Positions 52,109 through 64,000 of a DNA stretch of 64,000 bases are shown piece by piece. Position 1 is the first letter of the stretch; each line of letters begins with the position of its first letter. Origin of the DNA: Heptranchias perlo (taxonomy: Eukaryota). The notes beneath the pieces are model-generated. The model saw only the letters and a program-made list of their open reading frames with translations, was not told the DNA's origin and did no database searches. Both the position numbers and the translations under genes were made by a program. The stretch is from NCBI RefSeq assembly GCF_035084215.1, contig NW_027139268.1:62001-126000 (forward strand), in the 5' to 3' direction.

Positions 52109-55070
52109 ACGATCAAACTCAGACAGGCTGAGAAACCGAGTCGAAGAGAGAGATTGAAGAGGCCTCCGACACCAGGTCCATTTTAAAGGGAGGAGAGAGT
52201 GGGATCCTGGGCTCCCCACTCACAGGAAACACATTGAGAACGGGCCATCCCCAGGAACTGTGAAACTGACTCTGCTCTGGGCTGGAGTTAGACCACAAAC
52301 AGGAACAGTTAGACACAACCTTTAATATAGGGAATATCACAAGGGAATTCACAGAGGAGAAACACACGGAGCAGGAGGAGAGTGAGGGGAGAGGGTCAAA
52401 CTAACAGGAGGAGAGTGAGGGGAGAGGGTCAAACTAACAGAGGGAGAGTGAGGGGAGAGGGTCAAACTAACAGGGGGAGAGTGAGGAGAGAGGGTCAAAC
52501 TAACAGGGGGAGAGTGAGGGGAGAGGGTCAAACTAACAGGGGAGACTGAGGGGAGAGGGTCAAACGAACAGGAGGGGGAGTGAGGGGAGAGGGTCAAACT
52601 AACAGGGGGAAGAGTGAGGGGAGAGGGTCAAACTAACAGGGGGAGAGTGAGGGGAGAGGGTCAAACTAACAGGAGGGGAGAGGGTCAAACTAACAGGGGG
52701 AGAGTGAGGGGAGAGGGTCAAACTAACAGGGGGGGAGTGAGGGGAGAGGGTCAAACTAACAGGAGGAGAGTGAGGGGAGAGGGTCAAACTAACAGGAGGG
52801 GCAGAGTGAGGGGAGGTGGATACCTGAGTGTGAGTCACAGCCTGGACTCTAATTGAGGGGTTCACATGGTTTAAATATGACCCACTCCCACAGTTTAGTT
52901 TAAAGTAATTCTCCGATTTCCCTTTTCCCGATTGTTTCATGTGTTATAAACCTCTCAGGCACCTCCTTTCCAGGCTGAAGAGCCCAAGTCTCTCTGGTCT
53001 TTCCTCATAACTCAGAGCCCTGACACGGGGGACCAGCCTGGTGGCTCCTCTCTGCACTGCCCCCAGTGTCTGAGTGTCTCCCCTGTGTCTCAGTGACCAG
53101 ACCCGGACACAGTTCTAGTAAGAACACTGGGGTCCATGGGTTGACCATCCAGCCGAGGTCTCGGACTGAATGGGGCTTCAGTTTGGCCCATGGACGGCCT
53201 TCCATCACCCAGTTGTGATTAACTTTGAGTTGACCTCACCAGCTGCCGATTACAAGACCCACAAGCTGCTGAGTGAATGAATTAACCCTTTCTTGCCAAA
53301 TCATCAAAGAAGGATTCAGACAACAAGTCATCAATCAACAAATATTTATTGATTCCAAGACACAATTATCACCACTTAAAGTGAAACATTGAGTATTGAA
53401 ATAATAAGAGATAAAGTTACTGACAGTGTCACCCAGCGAATTTGAATAATAAATAATGAACAGACGGAGTTAGTTCAGGAAATGAGTGACAGAGATTGTA
53501 AAGACAGCTCAGTGTCTCACTGGAATTCACCATTAACTGGGTTACTCATTGTCAAATTATAGCTGAGATCAGAGCCTGAGACTGGTATCAATTGGGGAGA
53601 TTAAATTCCAGGTTTTGTGTCTGTGTCTCAACTGATGTATCTCACATTGTATCGATATCTGTCTGTATAGATCTCTCTCTATCCATTAGTTTATGTCTGT
53701 GTATAAACTGATGTATCTCACATTGTATCTATATCTGTCTGTATCGATCTCTCTCTATCCATTAGTTTATGTCTGTGTATATACTGATGTATCTCACATT
53801 GTATCTATATCTGTCTGTATTGATCTCTCTCTATCCATTAGTTTATGTCTGTGTATATACTCATGTATCTCACATTGTATCTACGTCTCTCTGTGTTCCT
53901 TTATCTATCTTCCTATTTGTATCTCGCTCTGTCTGGATATGTCTCCCCACAAAAGACCCTGTTTTCTGCCTGTGAAACTTGGACAATATATTCACGTCAC
54001 ATTAAGAAAGGGACTCACTTTCCCCTCAGCTCCCTGAGACGACTAATGAAGATCAGATTGCAGGAGAAGATCCCTGACACCAAAGTCCTTCAAAAAGCTG
54101 AGATGCCGAGTATCGATGCTCTGATGGTGAGGACACGGCTACAATGGTCAGCTCATGTGGTGCGAGTGTCTGATGATCAAATCCTGAAGATGTTCTTTTA
54201 TCGCACGTTGTCAACTGTTAAACGATTTTGTGATGTTCAGCAAAAGGGACACAAAGACTGCTTAAAAGCAACTCTGAAACTGTACAAAATAGTTGTCCAT
54301 AAATGGGAACAAGTTGCTGAAGATAAGAAGCCTGGGGAGGAACCATCCATGAAGACCCCTCCCACTATCAGGCCCATCACATTGCTGATGCTCAATGGAA
54401 ACGGCAGCTGAGGGTATCTCGGCTGAAAAATCCAGATTCCCGACCGGGTGTATCGGTGACCCACTGTTCAATCTGTAATCACTCATTCACAGCAAATATA
54501 GGTCTCCATCATCAAAGGACTCACTGCAGGAAATGAGCTGATATTCTGTGTGTCTTCTGCGATATGGAAGGAGGAGTGACGATGATGGGCACGTTTCACA
54601 CTAGTACAGGTGAGTCCAGTTACCCAGCAACAAGGCTCTGTGAACATCCTGCAGTGGTTTACAGTGAACTGACGAGGGAAGGAATGGAGAGGCACAAGGC
54701 AATCGGTTAAAGCCAGCCTGAGGAATGGGAAAGGAAGGGTTAAACATTTAATACTGGGACTGACACTATCGGCTTGGTCAGGGTGTGACAGTGGGGTTTA
54801 TATACAGCTTGGTGAGTGTGTAACAGTGATTGTGATCACCAAACATTAATGGACATTTAAAGAGATAAATATTAATGGTACATTTAAGGTGGTAATTAGA
54901 GAGTGTGACAGGTTTTATAGTGTGTGGGAGGGTGAGAGGGTCAGGGGGGGGGGAATTAGAGAGTCTGACAGGTTTAATAGTCATGATGTGGAGATGCCGG
55001 TGATGGACTGGGGTTGACAATTGTAAACAATTTTACAACACCAAGTTATAGTCCAGCAATTTTATTTTAA

Positions 55071-55111
55071 ATTCACAAGCTTTCGGAGGCTTCCTCCTTC
55101 GTCAGGTAAAT
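55071..55111 (-). ncRNA. Minimal type I hammerhead ribozyme motif in the pLTR (intact copy)
   Basis: ATTTAC-CTGACGA-A-GGAGG-AAG-CCTCC-GAAA-GCTT-GTGAAT: core boxes, stem I, stem II and palindromic stem III. Confidence 0.72.
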
Positions 55112-56518
55112 GTTCAGGAGCTCCTTGAAGCCTACGCATTTATACATATAGAACAATACATGGTGTTTACAGACTGCCCCTGCAACTGCCCGTTGCCAAG
55201 GCAATCACCGTGTTCAGACAGAGAGGTGTCACCTGCAGAACCCCCGAATACACATTCCACAAAAAAACAAACAGGAAAAAAAAACAGAGAGAGGCAGAGA
55301 CATCCGGAAGGCAGAGAAAGCCAGCAAATGACCCATTATATTAAAAACAGATAACATTTGTTCGCTGGTGGGGTAACGTGTAGCGTGACATGAACCCAAG
55401 ATCCCGGTTGAGGCCGTCCTCATGGGTGCGGAACTTGGCTATCAATTTCTGCTCGACGATTTTGCGTTGTCGTGTGTCTCGAAGGCCGCCTTGGCCGCTG
55501 AAAGACGCCCTAGTAAGAACGGGATATGACGCTCGACTCATCGATCGACAGTTCCGACGGGCCACAGCAAAAAATCGCATAGACCTCCTCAGGAGACCAA
55601 CACGGGACGCAACCAACAGAGGACCCTTTGTCGTCCAGTACTTCCCCGGAGCGGAGAAACTACGCCATGTTCTCCGCAGCCTTCAACATGTCATCAATGA
55701 GGACAAACACCTCGCTATGGCCATCCCCACACCTCCACTACTCGCCTTTAAACAGCCACCCAACCTCAAACAGACCATCGTTCGCAGCAAATTACCTAGC
55801 TTTCAAGAGAACAGCGTCCACGACACCACACAACCCTGCCACGGTAACCTCTGCAAGACATGCCAGATCATCGACACAGATACCACCATCACACGAGAGG
55901 ACACCACCCACCAGGTGCATGGTTCATACTCCTGTGACTCGGCCAACGTTGTCTACCTCATACGTTGCAGGAAAGGATGCCCCAGAGCATGGTACATTGG
56001 CGAGACCATGCAGACGCTGCGACAACGGATGAACGGACACCGCGCAACAATCGCCAAACAGGAGGGTTCCCTCCCAGTCGGGGAACACTTCAGCAGTCAT
56101 GGACATTCATCCACCGACCTTCGGGTAAGCGTACTCCAAGGCAGCCTTCGAGACACACGACAACGCAAAATCGTCGAGCAGAAATTGATAGCCAAGTTCC
56201 GCACCCATGAGGACGGCCTCAACCGGGATCTTGGGTTCATGTCACGCTACACGTTACCCCACCAGCGAACAAATGTTATCTGTTTTTAATATAATGGGTC
56301 ATTTGCTGGCTTTCTCTGCCTTCCGGATGTCTCTGCCTCTCTCTGTTTTTTTTTCCTGTTTGTTTTTTTGTTGAATGTGTATTCGGGGGTTCTGCAGGTG
56401 ACACCTCTCTGTCTGAACACGGTGATTGCCTTGGCAACGGGCAGTTGCAGGGGCAGTCTGTAAACACCATGTATTGTTCTATATGTATAAATGCGTAGGC
56501 TTCAAGGAGCTCCTGAAC

Positions 56519-56559
56519 ATTTACCTGACGAAAGAGGAAGCCTCCGAAAGCTTGTGAAT
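56519..56559 (+). ncRNA. Minimal hammerhead motif, second copy, one stem II mismatch
   Basis: Same motif but AGAGG instead of GGAGG. Confidence 0.65.
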
Positions 56560-57372
56560 TTAAAATAAAATTGCTGGACTATAACTTGGTGTTGTAAAAT
56601 TGTTTACAAAGGTTCAATAGTGTGTGGGAGGGTGAGAGAGGGTCAGGGGGGGAATTAGAGAGTGTGACAGGTTTAATCGTGTGTGGGAGGGTGAGAGAGG
56701 GTCAGGGGGGAATTAGAGAGTGTGACAGGTTTAATAGTGTGTGGGAGGGTGAGAGAGGGTCAGGGGGGGAATTAGAGAGTGTGACAGGTTTAATAGTGTG
56801 TGGGAGGGTGAGAGAGGGTCAGGGGGGGAATTAGAGAGTCTGACAGGTTTAATAGTGTGTGGGAGGGTGAGAGAGGGTCAGGGGGGAATTAGAGAGTCTG
56901 ACAGGTTTAATAGTGAGTGGGAGGGTGAGAGAGGGTCAGGGGGGGAATTAGAGAGTCTGACAGGTTTAATAGTGTGTGGGAGGGTGAGAGAGGGTCAGGG
57001 GGGGAATTAGAGAGTCTGACAGGTTTAATAGTGTGTGGGAGGGTGAGAGAGGGTCAGGGGGGGAATTAGAGAGTCTGACAGGTTTAATAGTGTGTGGGAG
57101 GGTGAGAGAGGGTCAGGGGGGGAATTAGAGAGTGTGACAGGTTTAATAGTGTGTGGGAGGGTGAGAGAGGGTCAGGGGGTGAAACAGTCACAAATACATC
57201 AACAGCGGGAAAATTGAAAGTTTACTTACTGAAAGACTCACGGAGGAGAGCGATCAGAGACTTCAGAAGCTGTGAAAATAAAAACAGAATAAAAATAGAA
57301 TGTGAGATTAAACCATCTCCCAGCATTCACTAAACCACCTCAGACAGGAAGAATATTCACTGAGGGGAGGAA

Positions 57373-57697
57373 CCCCCCCACCCCGAGTCAGTGAGTCCAG
57401 GGGAGGGGGTGAGGGACTGGAGGGGGTCCCTCCTGTGTAACTCCCCCCACCCCGAGTCAGTGAGTCCAGGGGAGGGGGTGAGGGACTGGAGGGGGTCGCT
57501 CCTGTGTAACTCCCCTACCCCGAGTCAGTGAGTCCAGGGGAGGGGGTGAGGTACTGGAGGGGGTCCCTCCTGTGTAACTCCCCCCACACCGAGTCAGTGA
57601 GTCCAGGGGAGGGGGTGAGGGACTGGAGGGGGTCCCTCCTGTGTAACTCCCCCCACCCCGAGTCAGTGAGTCCAGGGGAGGGGGTGAGGGACTGGAG
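57373..57697. repeat. 69-bp minisatellite, ~4.7 units (about 2 units at 25540-25657)
   Basis: CCCCGAGTCAGTGAGTCCAGGGGAGGGGGTGAGGGACTGGAGG... Confidence 0.9.
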
Positions 57698-57867
57698 ATG
57701 TTCACAGTCTGATCTCTGTTTCCTGATTGATCCATTCTTCCTCATTAATGGATCAAACTGTCTGATGGACATTTTGTTTCTCTGCGCAGTTAATGTTCAA
57801 ATCAGATTGTAAAATAATTCACCAACACATCAAAACAATGACTCGGATTATCCGAGCTGTTGTTTTT

Positions 57868-57890
57868 TCAGTGTAAGAACGGACTGAACT
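57868..57890 (-). CDS. MHC class I-like gene C, predicted exon 7 coding part
   Basis: Identical to 25828-25850. Confidence 0.55.
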
Positions 57891-58037
57891 CTGGAAATAC
57901 AGATTAAATATTTCACATTGTTTCTCTGCTGGATCGAGAATCTCCTTCTGGAGAACTCCCCGGAGAATGAAATTCGACAACTTAATGTCCCTTATTATCC
58001 ATTTCATCCCCAACAATCTGTCCCCTCCGTCACTTAC

Positions 58038-58070
58038 TGCCTGCTGTTGTGTAAATCGGACTTGTTCGGT
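58038..58070 (-). CDS. MHC class I-like gene C, exon 6 (cytoplasmic) DRTSPIYTTAG; upstream exons lie beyond 64000
   Basis: Paralog of 25998-26030 (+32040) with one I>T change; same splice sites. Confidence 0.78.
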
Positions 58071-58168
58071 CTGCAGGAGAAAAATAAATGTCAGTGAGAA
58101 TGGGGATCTCCCAAAATCAGAGAGTCAGCACACAACAAGGTGGGGAAATGGAGAGTGTGGAATAAATG

Positions 58169-59086
58169 CTCAGTCTCACACCCCCCTTCAGTCTCACACT
58201 CCCCCCCCTTCAGTCTCACACTCCCCCCTTCAGTCTCACACTCCCCCCCTTCAGTCTCACACTCCCCCCTTCAGTCTCACTCTCCCCCCTTCAGTCTCAC
58301 ACTCCCCCCCTTCAGTCCCACACTCCCCCCTTCAGTCTCACACTCCCCCCTTCAGTCTCACACTCCCCCTTCAGTCTCACACTCCCCCCTTCAGTCCCAC
58401 ACTCCCCCCCTTCAGTCTCACACTCCCCCTTCAGTCCCACACTCCCCCCCTTCAGTCTCACACTCCCCCCTTCAGTCTCACTCTCCCCCCTTCAGTCTCA
58501 CTCTCCCCCCTTCAGTCTCACACTCCCCCCCTTCAGTCCCACTCTCCCCCCTTCAGTCTCACTCTCCCCCCTTCAGTCTCACTCTCCCCCCTTCAGTCTC
58601 ACACTCCCCCCTTCAGTCTCACTCTCCCCCCTTCAGTCTCACTCTCCCCCCTTCAGTCTCACACTCCCCCCTTCAGTCTCACTCTCCCCCCTTCAGTCTC
58701 ACTCTCCCCCCTTCAGTCTCACACTCCCCCCCTTCAGTCCCACTCTCCCCCCTTCAGTCTCACTCTCCCCCCTTCAGTCTCACTCTCCCCCCTTCAGTCT
58801 CACACTCCCCCCTTCAGTCTCACTCTCCCCCCTTCAGTCTCACTCTCCCCCCTTCAGTCTCACTCTCCCCCCTTCAGTCTCACTCTCCCCCCTTCAGTCT
58901 CACACTCCCCCCCTTCAGTCCCGCACTCCCCCCCTTCAGTCTCACACTCCCCCCTTCAGTCTCACACTCCCCCCCTTCAGTCTCACACTCCCCCCTTCAG
59001 TCTCACACTCCCCCCCTTCAGTCTCACACTCCCCCCCTTCAGTCTCACACTCCCCCCCTTCAGTCCCGCACTCCCCCCTTCAGTCC
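58169..59086. repeat. 20-21 bp minisatellite, gene C intron 5
   Basis: Same unit, with a copy-specific CTCACTCTC variant. Confidence 0.97.
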
Positions 59087-62000
59087 CAGTACTGGAGACT
59101 CTCCCACACTCACTCTGTCCCCCTCAGTTCTCCATTCCCCTCTCTCTGACTCTCCTCTCTCAGTGCCCTGTACTCCCAGTACTGGAGACTCTCCCACACT
59201 CACTCTGTCCCCTCAGTTCTCCATTCCCCTCTCTCTGACTCTCCTCTCTCAGTGCCCTGTACTCCCAGTACTGGAGACTCTCCCACACTCACTCTGTCCC
59301 CCTCAGTTCTCCATTCCCCTCTCTCTGACTCTCCTCTCTCAGTGCCCTGTACTCCCAGTACTGGAGACTCTCCCACACTCACTCTGTCCCCTCAGTTCTC
59401 CATTCCCCTCTCTCTGACTCTCCTCTCTCAGTGCCCTGTACTCCCAGTACTGGAGACTCTCCCACACTCACTCTGTCCCCCTCAGTTCTCCATTCCCCTC
59501 TCTCTGACTCTCCTCTCTCAGTGCCCTGTACTCCCAGTACTGGAGACTCTCCCACACTCACTCTGTCCCCTCAGTTCTCCATTCCCCTCTCTCTGACTCT
59601 CCTCTCTCAGTGCCCTGTACTCCCAGTACTGGAGACTCTCCCACACTCACTCTGTCCCCCTCAGTTCTCCATTCCCCTCTCTCTGACTCTCCTCTCTCAG
59701 TGCCCTGTACTCCCAGTACTGGAGACTCTCCCACACTCACTCTGTCCCCTCAGTTCTCCATTCCCCTCTCTCTGACTCTCCTCTCTCAGTGCCCTGTACT
59801 CCCAGTACTGGAGACTCTCCCACACTCACTCTGTCCCCCTCAGTTCTCCATTCCCCTCTCTCTGACTCTCCTCTCTCAGTGCCCTGTACTCCCAGTACTG
59901 GAGACTCTCCCACACTCACTCTGTCCCCCTCAGTTCTCCATTCCCCTCTCTCTGACTCTCCTCTCTCAGTGCCCTGTACTCCCAGTACTGGAGACTCTCC
60001 CACACTCACTCTGTCCCCTCAGTTCTCCATTCCCCTCTCTCTGACTCTCCTCTCTCAGTGCCCTGTACTCCCAGTACTGGAGACTCTCCCACACTCACTC
60101 TGTCCCCCTCAGTTCTCCATTCCCCTCTCTCTGACTCTCCTCTCTCAGTGCCCTGTACTCCCAGTACTGGAGACTCTCCCACACTCACTCTGTCCCCTCA
60201 GTTCTCCATTCCCCTCTCTCTGACTCTCCTCTCTCAGTGCCCTGTACTCCCAGTACTGGAGACTCTCCCACACTCACTCTGTCCCCCTCAGTTCTCCATT
60301 CCCCTCTCTCTGACTCTCCTCTCTCAGTGCCCTGTACTCCCAGTACTGGAGACTCTCCCACACTCACTCTGTCCCCCTCAGTTCTCCATTCCCCTCTCTC
60401 TGACTCTCGTCTCTCAGTGCCCTGTACTCCCAGTACTGGAGACTCTCCCACACTCACTCTGTCCCCCTCAGTTCTCCATTCCCCTCTCTCTGACTCTCCT
60501 CTCTCAGTGCCCTGTGCTCCCAGTACCGGAGACTCTCCCACACTCACTCTGTCCCCTCAGTTCTCCATTCCCCTCTCTCTGACTCTCCTCTCTCAGTGCC
60601 CTGTACTCCCAGTACTGGAGACTCTCCCACACTCACTCTGTCCCCTCAGTTCTCCATTCCCCTCTCTCTGACTCTCCTCTCTCAGTGCCCTGTACTCCCA
60701 GTACTGGAGACTCTCCCACACTCACTCTGTCCCCCTCAGTTCTCCATTCCCCTCTCTCTGACTCTCCTCTCTCAGTGCCCTGTACTCCCAGTACTGGAGA
60801 CTCTCCCACACTCACTCTGTCCCCCTCAGTTCTCCATTCCCCTCTCTCTGACTCTCCTCTCTCAGTGCCCTGTACTCCCAGTACTGGAGACTCTCCCACA
60901 CTCACTCTGTCCCCTCAGTTCTCCATTCCCCTCTCTCTGACTCTCCTCTCTAAGTGCCCTGTACTCCCAGTACTGGAGACTCTCCCACACTCACTCTGTC
61001 CCCCTCAGTTCTCCATTCCCCTCTCTCTGACTCTCCTCTCTCAGTGCCCTGTACTCCCAGTACTGGAGACTCTCCCACACTCACTCTGTCCCCTCAGTTC
61101 TCCATTCCCCTCTCTCTGACTCTCCTCTCTCAGTGCCCTGTACTCCCAGTACTGGAGACTCTCCCACACTCACTCTGTCCCCTCAGTTCTCCATTCCCCT
61201 CTCTCTGACTCTCCTCTCTCAGTGCCCTGCACTCCCAGTACTGGAGACTCTCCCACACTCACTCTGTCCCCCTCAGTTCTCCATTCCCCTCTCTCTGACT
61301 CTCCTCTCTCAGTGCCCTGTACTCCCAGTACTGGAGACTCTCCCACACTCACTCTGTCCCCTCAGTTCTCCATTCCCCTCTCTCTGACTCTCCTCTCTCA
61401 GTGCCCTGTACTCCCAGTACTGGAGACTCTCCCACACTCACTCTGTCCCCCTCAGTTCTCCATTCCCCTCTCTCTGACTCTCCTCTCTCAGTGCCCTGTA
61501 CTCCCAGTACTGGAGACTCTCCCACACTCACTCTGTCCCCTCAGTTCTCCATTCCCCTCTCTCTGACTCTCCTCTCTCAGTGCCCTGTACTCCCAGTACT
61601 GGAGACTCTCCCACACTCACTCTGTCCCCCTCAGTTCTCCATTCCCCTCTCTCTGACTCTCCTCTCTCAGTGCCCTGTACTCCCAGTACTGGAGACTCTC
61701 CCACACTCACTCTGTCCCCCTCAGTTCTCCATTCCCCTCTCTCTGACTCTCCTCTCTCAGTGCCCTGTACTCCCAGTACTGGAGACTCTCCCACACTCAC
61801 TCTGTCCCCCTCAGTTCTCCATTCCCCTCTCTCTGACTCTCCTCTCTCAGTGCCCTGTGCTCCCAGTACTGGAGACTCTCCCACACTCACTCTGTCCCCT
61901 CAGTTCTCCATTCCCCTCTCTCTGACTCTCCTCTCTCAGTGCCCTGTACTCCCAGTACTGGAGACTCTCCCACACTCACTCTGTCCCCTCAGTTCTCCAT

Positions 62001-64000
62001 TCCCCTCTCTCTGACTCTCCTCTCTCAGTGCCCTGTACTCCCAGTACTGGAGACTCTCCCACACTCACTCTGTCCCCCTCAGTTCTCCATTCCCCTCTCT
62101 CTGACTCTCCTCTCTCAGTGCCCTGGACTCCCAGTACTGGAGACTCTCCCACACTCACTCTGTCCCCCTCAGTTCTCCATTCCCCTCTCTCTGACTCTCC
62201 TCTCTCAGTGCCCTGTACTCCCAGTACTGGAGACTCTCCCACACTCACTCTGTCCCCTCAGTTCTCCATTCCCCTCTCTCTGACTCTCCTCTCTAAGTGC
62301 CCTGTACTCCCAGTACTGGAGACTCTCCCACACTCACTCTGTCCCCCTCAGTTCTCCATTCCCCTCTCTCTGACTCTCCTCTCTCAGTGCCCTGTGCTCC
62401 CAGTACTGGAGACTCTCCCACACTCACTCTGTCCCCTCAGTTCTCCATTCCCCTCTCTCTGACTCTCCTCTCTCAGTGCCCTGTACTCCCAGTACTGGAG
62501 ACTCTCCCACACTCACTCTGTCCCCTCAGTTCTACATTCCCCTCTCTCTGACTCTCCTCTCTCAGTGCCCTGTACTCCCAGTACTGGAGACTCTCCCACA
62601 CTCACTCTGTCCCCCTCAGTTCTCCATTCCCCTCTCTCTGACTCTCGTCTCTCAGTGCCCTGTACTCCCAGTACTGGAGACTCTCCCACACTCACTCTGT
62701 CCCCCTCAGTTCTCCATTCCCCTCTCTCTGACTCTCCTCTCTCAGTGCCCTGTGCTCCCAGTACCGGAGACTCTCCCACACTCACTCTGTCCCCTCAGTT
62801 CTCCATTCCCCTCTCTCTGACTCTCCTCTCTCAGTGCCCTGTACTCCCAGTACTGGAGACTCTCCCACACTCACTCTGTCCCCTCAGTTCTCCATTCCCC
62901 TCTCTCTGACTCTCCTCTCTCAGTGCCCTGTACTCCCAGTACTGGAGACTCTCCCACACTCACTCTGTCCCCCTCAGTTCTCCATTCCCCTCTCTCTGAC
63001 TCTCCTCTCTCAGTGCCCTGTACTCCCAGTACTGGAGACTCTCCCACACTCACTCTGTCCCCCTCAGTTCTCCATTCCCCTCTCTCTGACTCTCCTCTCT
63101 CAGTGCCCTGTACTCCCAGTACTGGAGACTCTCCCACACTCACTCTGTCCCCTCAGTTCTCCATTCCCCTCTCTCTGACTCTCCTCTCTAAGTGCCCTGT
63201 ACTCCCAGTACTGGAGACTCTCCCACACTCACTCTGTCCCCCTCAGTTCTCCATTCCCCTCTCTCTGACTCTCCTCTCTCAGTGCCCTGTACTCCCAGTA
63301 CTGGAGACTCTCCCACACTCACTCTGTCCCCTCAGTTCTCCATTCCCCTCTCTCTGACTCTCCTCTCTCAGTGCCCTGTACTCCCAGTACTGGAGACTCT
63401 CCCACACTCACTCTGTCCCCTCAGTTCTCCATTCCCCTCTCTCTGACTCTCCTCTCTCAGTGCCCTGCACTCCCAGTACTGGAGACTCTCCCACACTCAC
63501 TCTGTCCCCCTCAGTTCTCCATTCCCCTCTCTCTGACTCTCCTCTCTCAGTGCCCTGTACTCCCAGTACTGGAGACTCTCCCACACTCACTCTGTCCCCT
63601 CAGTTCTCCATTCCCCTCTCTCTGACTCTCCTCTCTCAGTGCCCTGTACTCCCAGTACTGGAGACTCTCCCACACTCACTCTGTCCCCCTCAGTTCTCCA
63701 TTCCCCTCTCTCTGACTCTCCTCTCTCAGTGCCCTGTACTCCCAGTACTGGAGACTCTCCCACACTCACTCTGTCCCCTCAGTTCTCCATTCCCCTCTCT
63801 CTGACTCTCCTCTCTCAGTGCCCTGTACTCCCAGTACTGGAGACTCTCCCACACTCACTCTGTCCCCCTCAGTTCTCCATTCCCCTCTCTCTGACTCTCC
63901 TCTCTCAGTGCCCTGTACTCCCAGTACTGGAGACTCTCCCACACTCACTCTGTCCCCCTCAGTTCTCCATTCCCCTCTCTCTGACTCTCCTCTCTCAGTG
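59087..64000. repeat. 89/90 bp minisatellite, at least 55 units, gene C intron 5
   Basis: Same unit; runs off the window. Confidence 0.97.

Larger units (their letters stand above)
54982..56609 (+). mobile_element. Penelope-like element, 5'-truncated, with GIY-YIG endonuclease and inverted pLTR
   Basis: CKTC..VVYLIRC..YIGET..LRQRMNGHR..VGEHF..GLN; 55021-55494 is the reverse complement of 56136-56609; AGGTTYAATAGT on both flanks; absent from the paralogous array. Confidence 0.93.

Noticed and set aside
59087-64000. CRISPR-like array with the palindrome CCAGTACTGG
   Set aside because: No unique spacers, no cas genes, vertebrate context; a plain minisatellite

Overview
This is vertebrate DNA, most likely from a shark or other cartilaginous fish; that call is inferred from the repeat families and protein style. 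The window is a head-to-tail tandem array of ~28-32 kb units, each carrying a minus-strand MHC class I heavy-chain-like gene. Gene A has leader 19517-19568, alpha1 12336-12596, alpha2 8866-9141, alpha3 8472-8750 and TM 2648-2761, with its tail exons off the left edge. Gene B is complete (25828-51856, 7 coding exons, 345 aa predicted). Only the two cytoplasmic exons of gene C (57868-58070) are in view. All exons have GT-AG phase-1 junctions and open frames, and A and B each have an X1/Y/CCAAT promoter module. The protein is a strongly divergent nonclassical class I. Both alpha2 disulfide cysteines (C101, C164) are gone and most N-terminal peptide anchors are lost, while T143/K146/W147 are kept. 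Paralog divergence is concentrated in alpha1 (19/87 aa, versus 5/92 in alpha2, 1/93 in alpha3 and 0 in leader and TM). The rest of the window is minisatellites with copy-specific lengths, LINE fragments (CR1, L2, RTE; several copy-specific with visible empty sites), a MITE, a SINE, and a Penelope element with 474-bp inverted repeats carrying a minimal hammerhead ribozyme. The long Pro/Ser/His-rich ORFs in the track are repeat artefacts.
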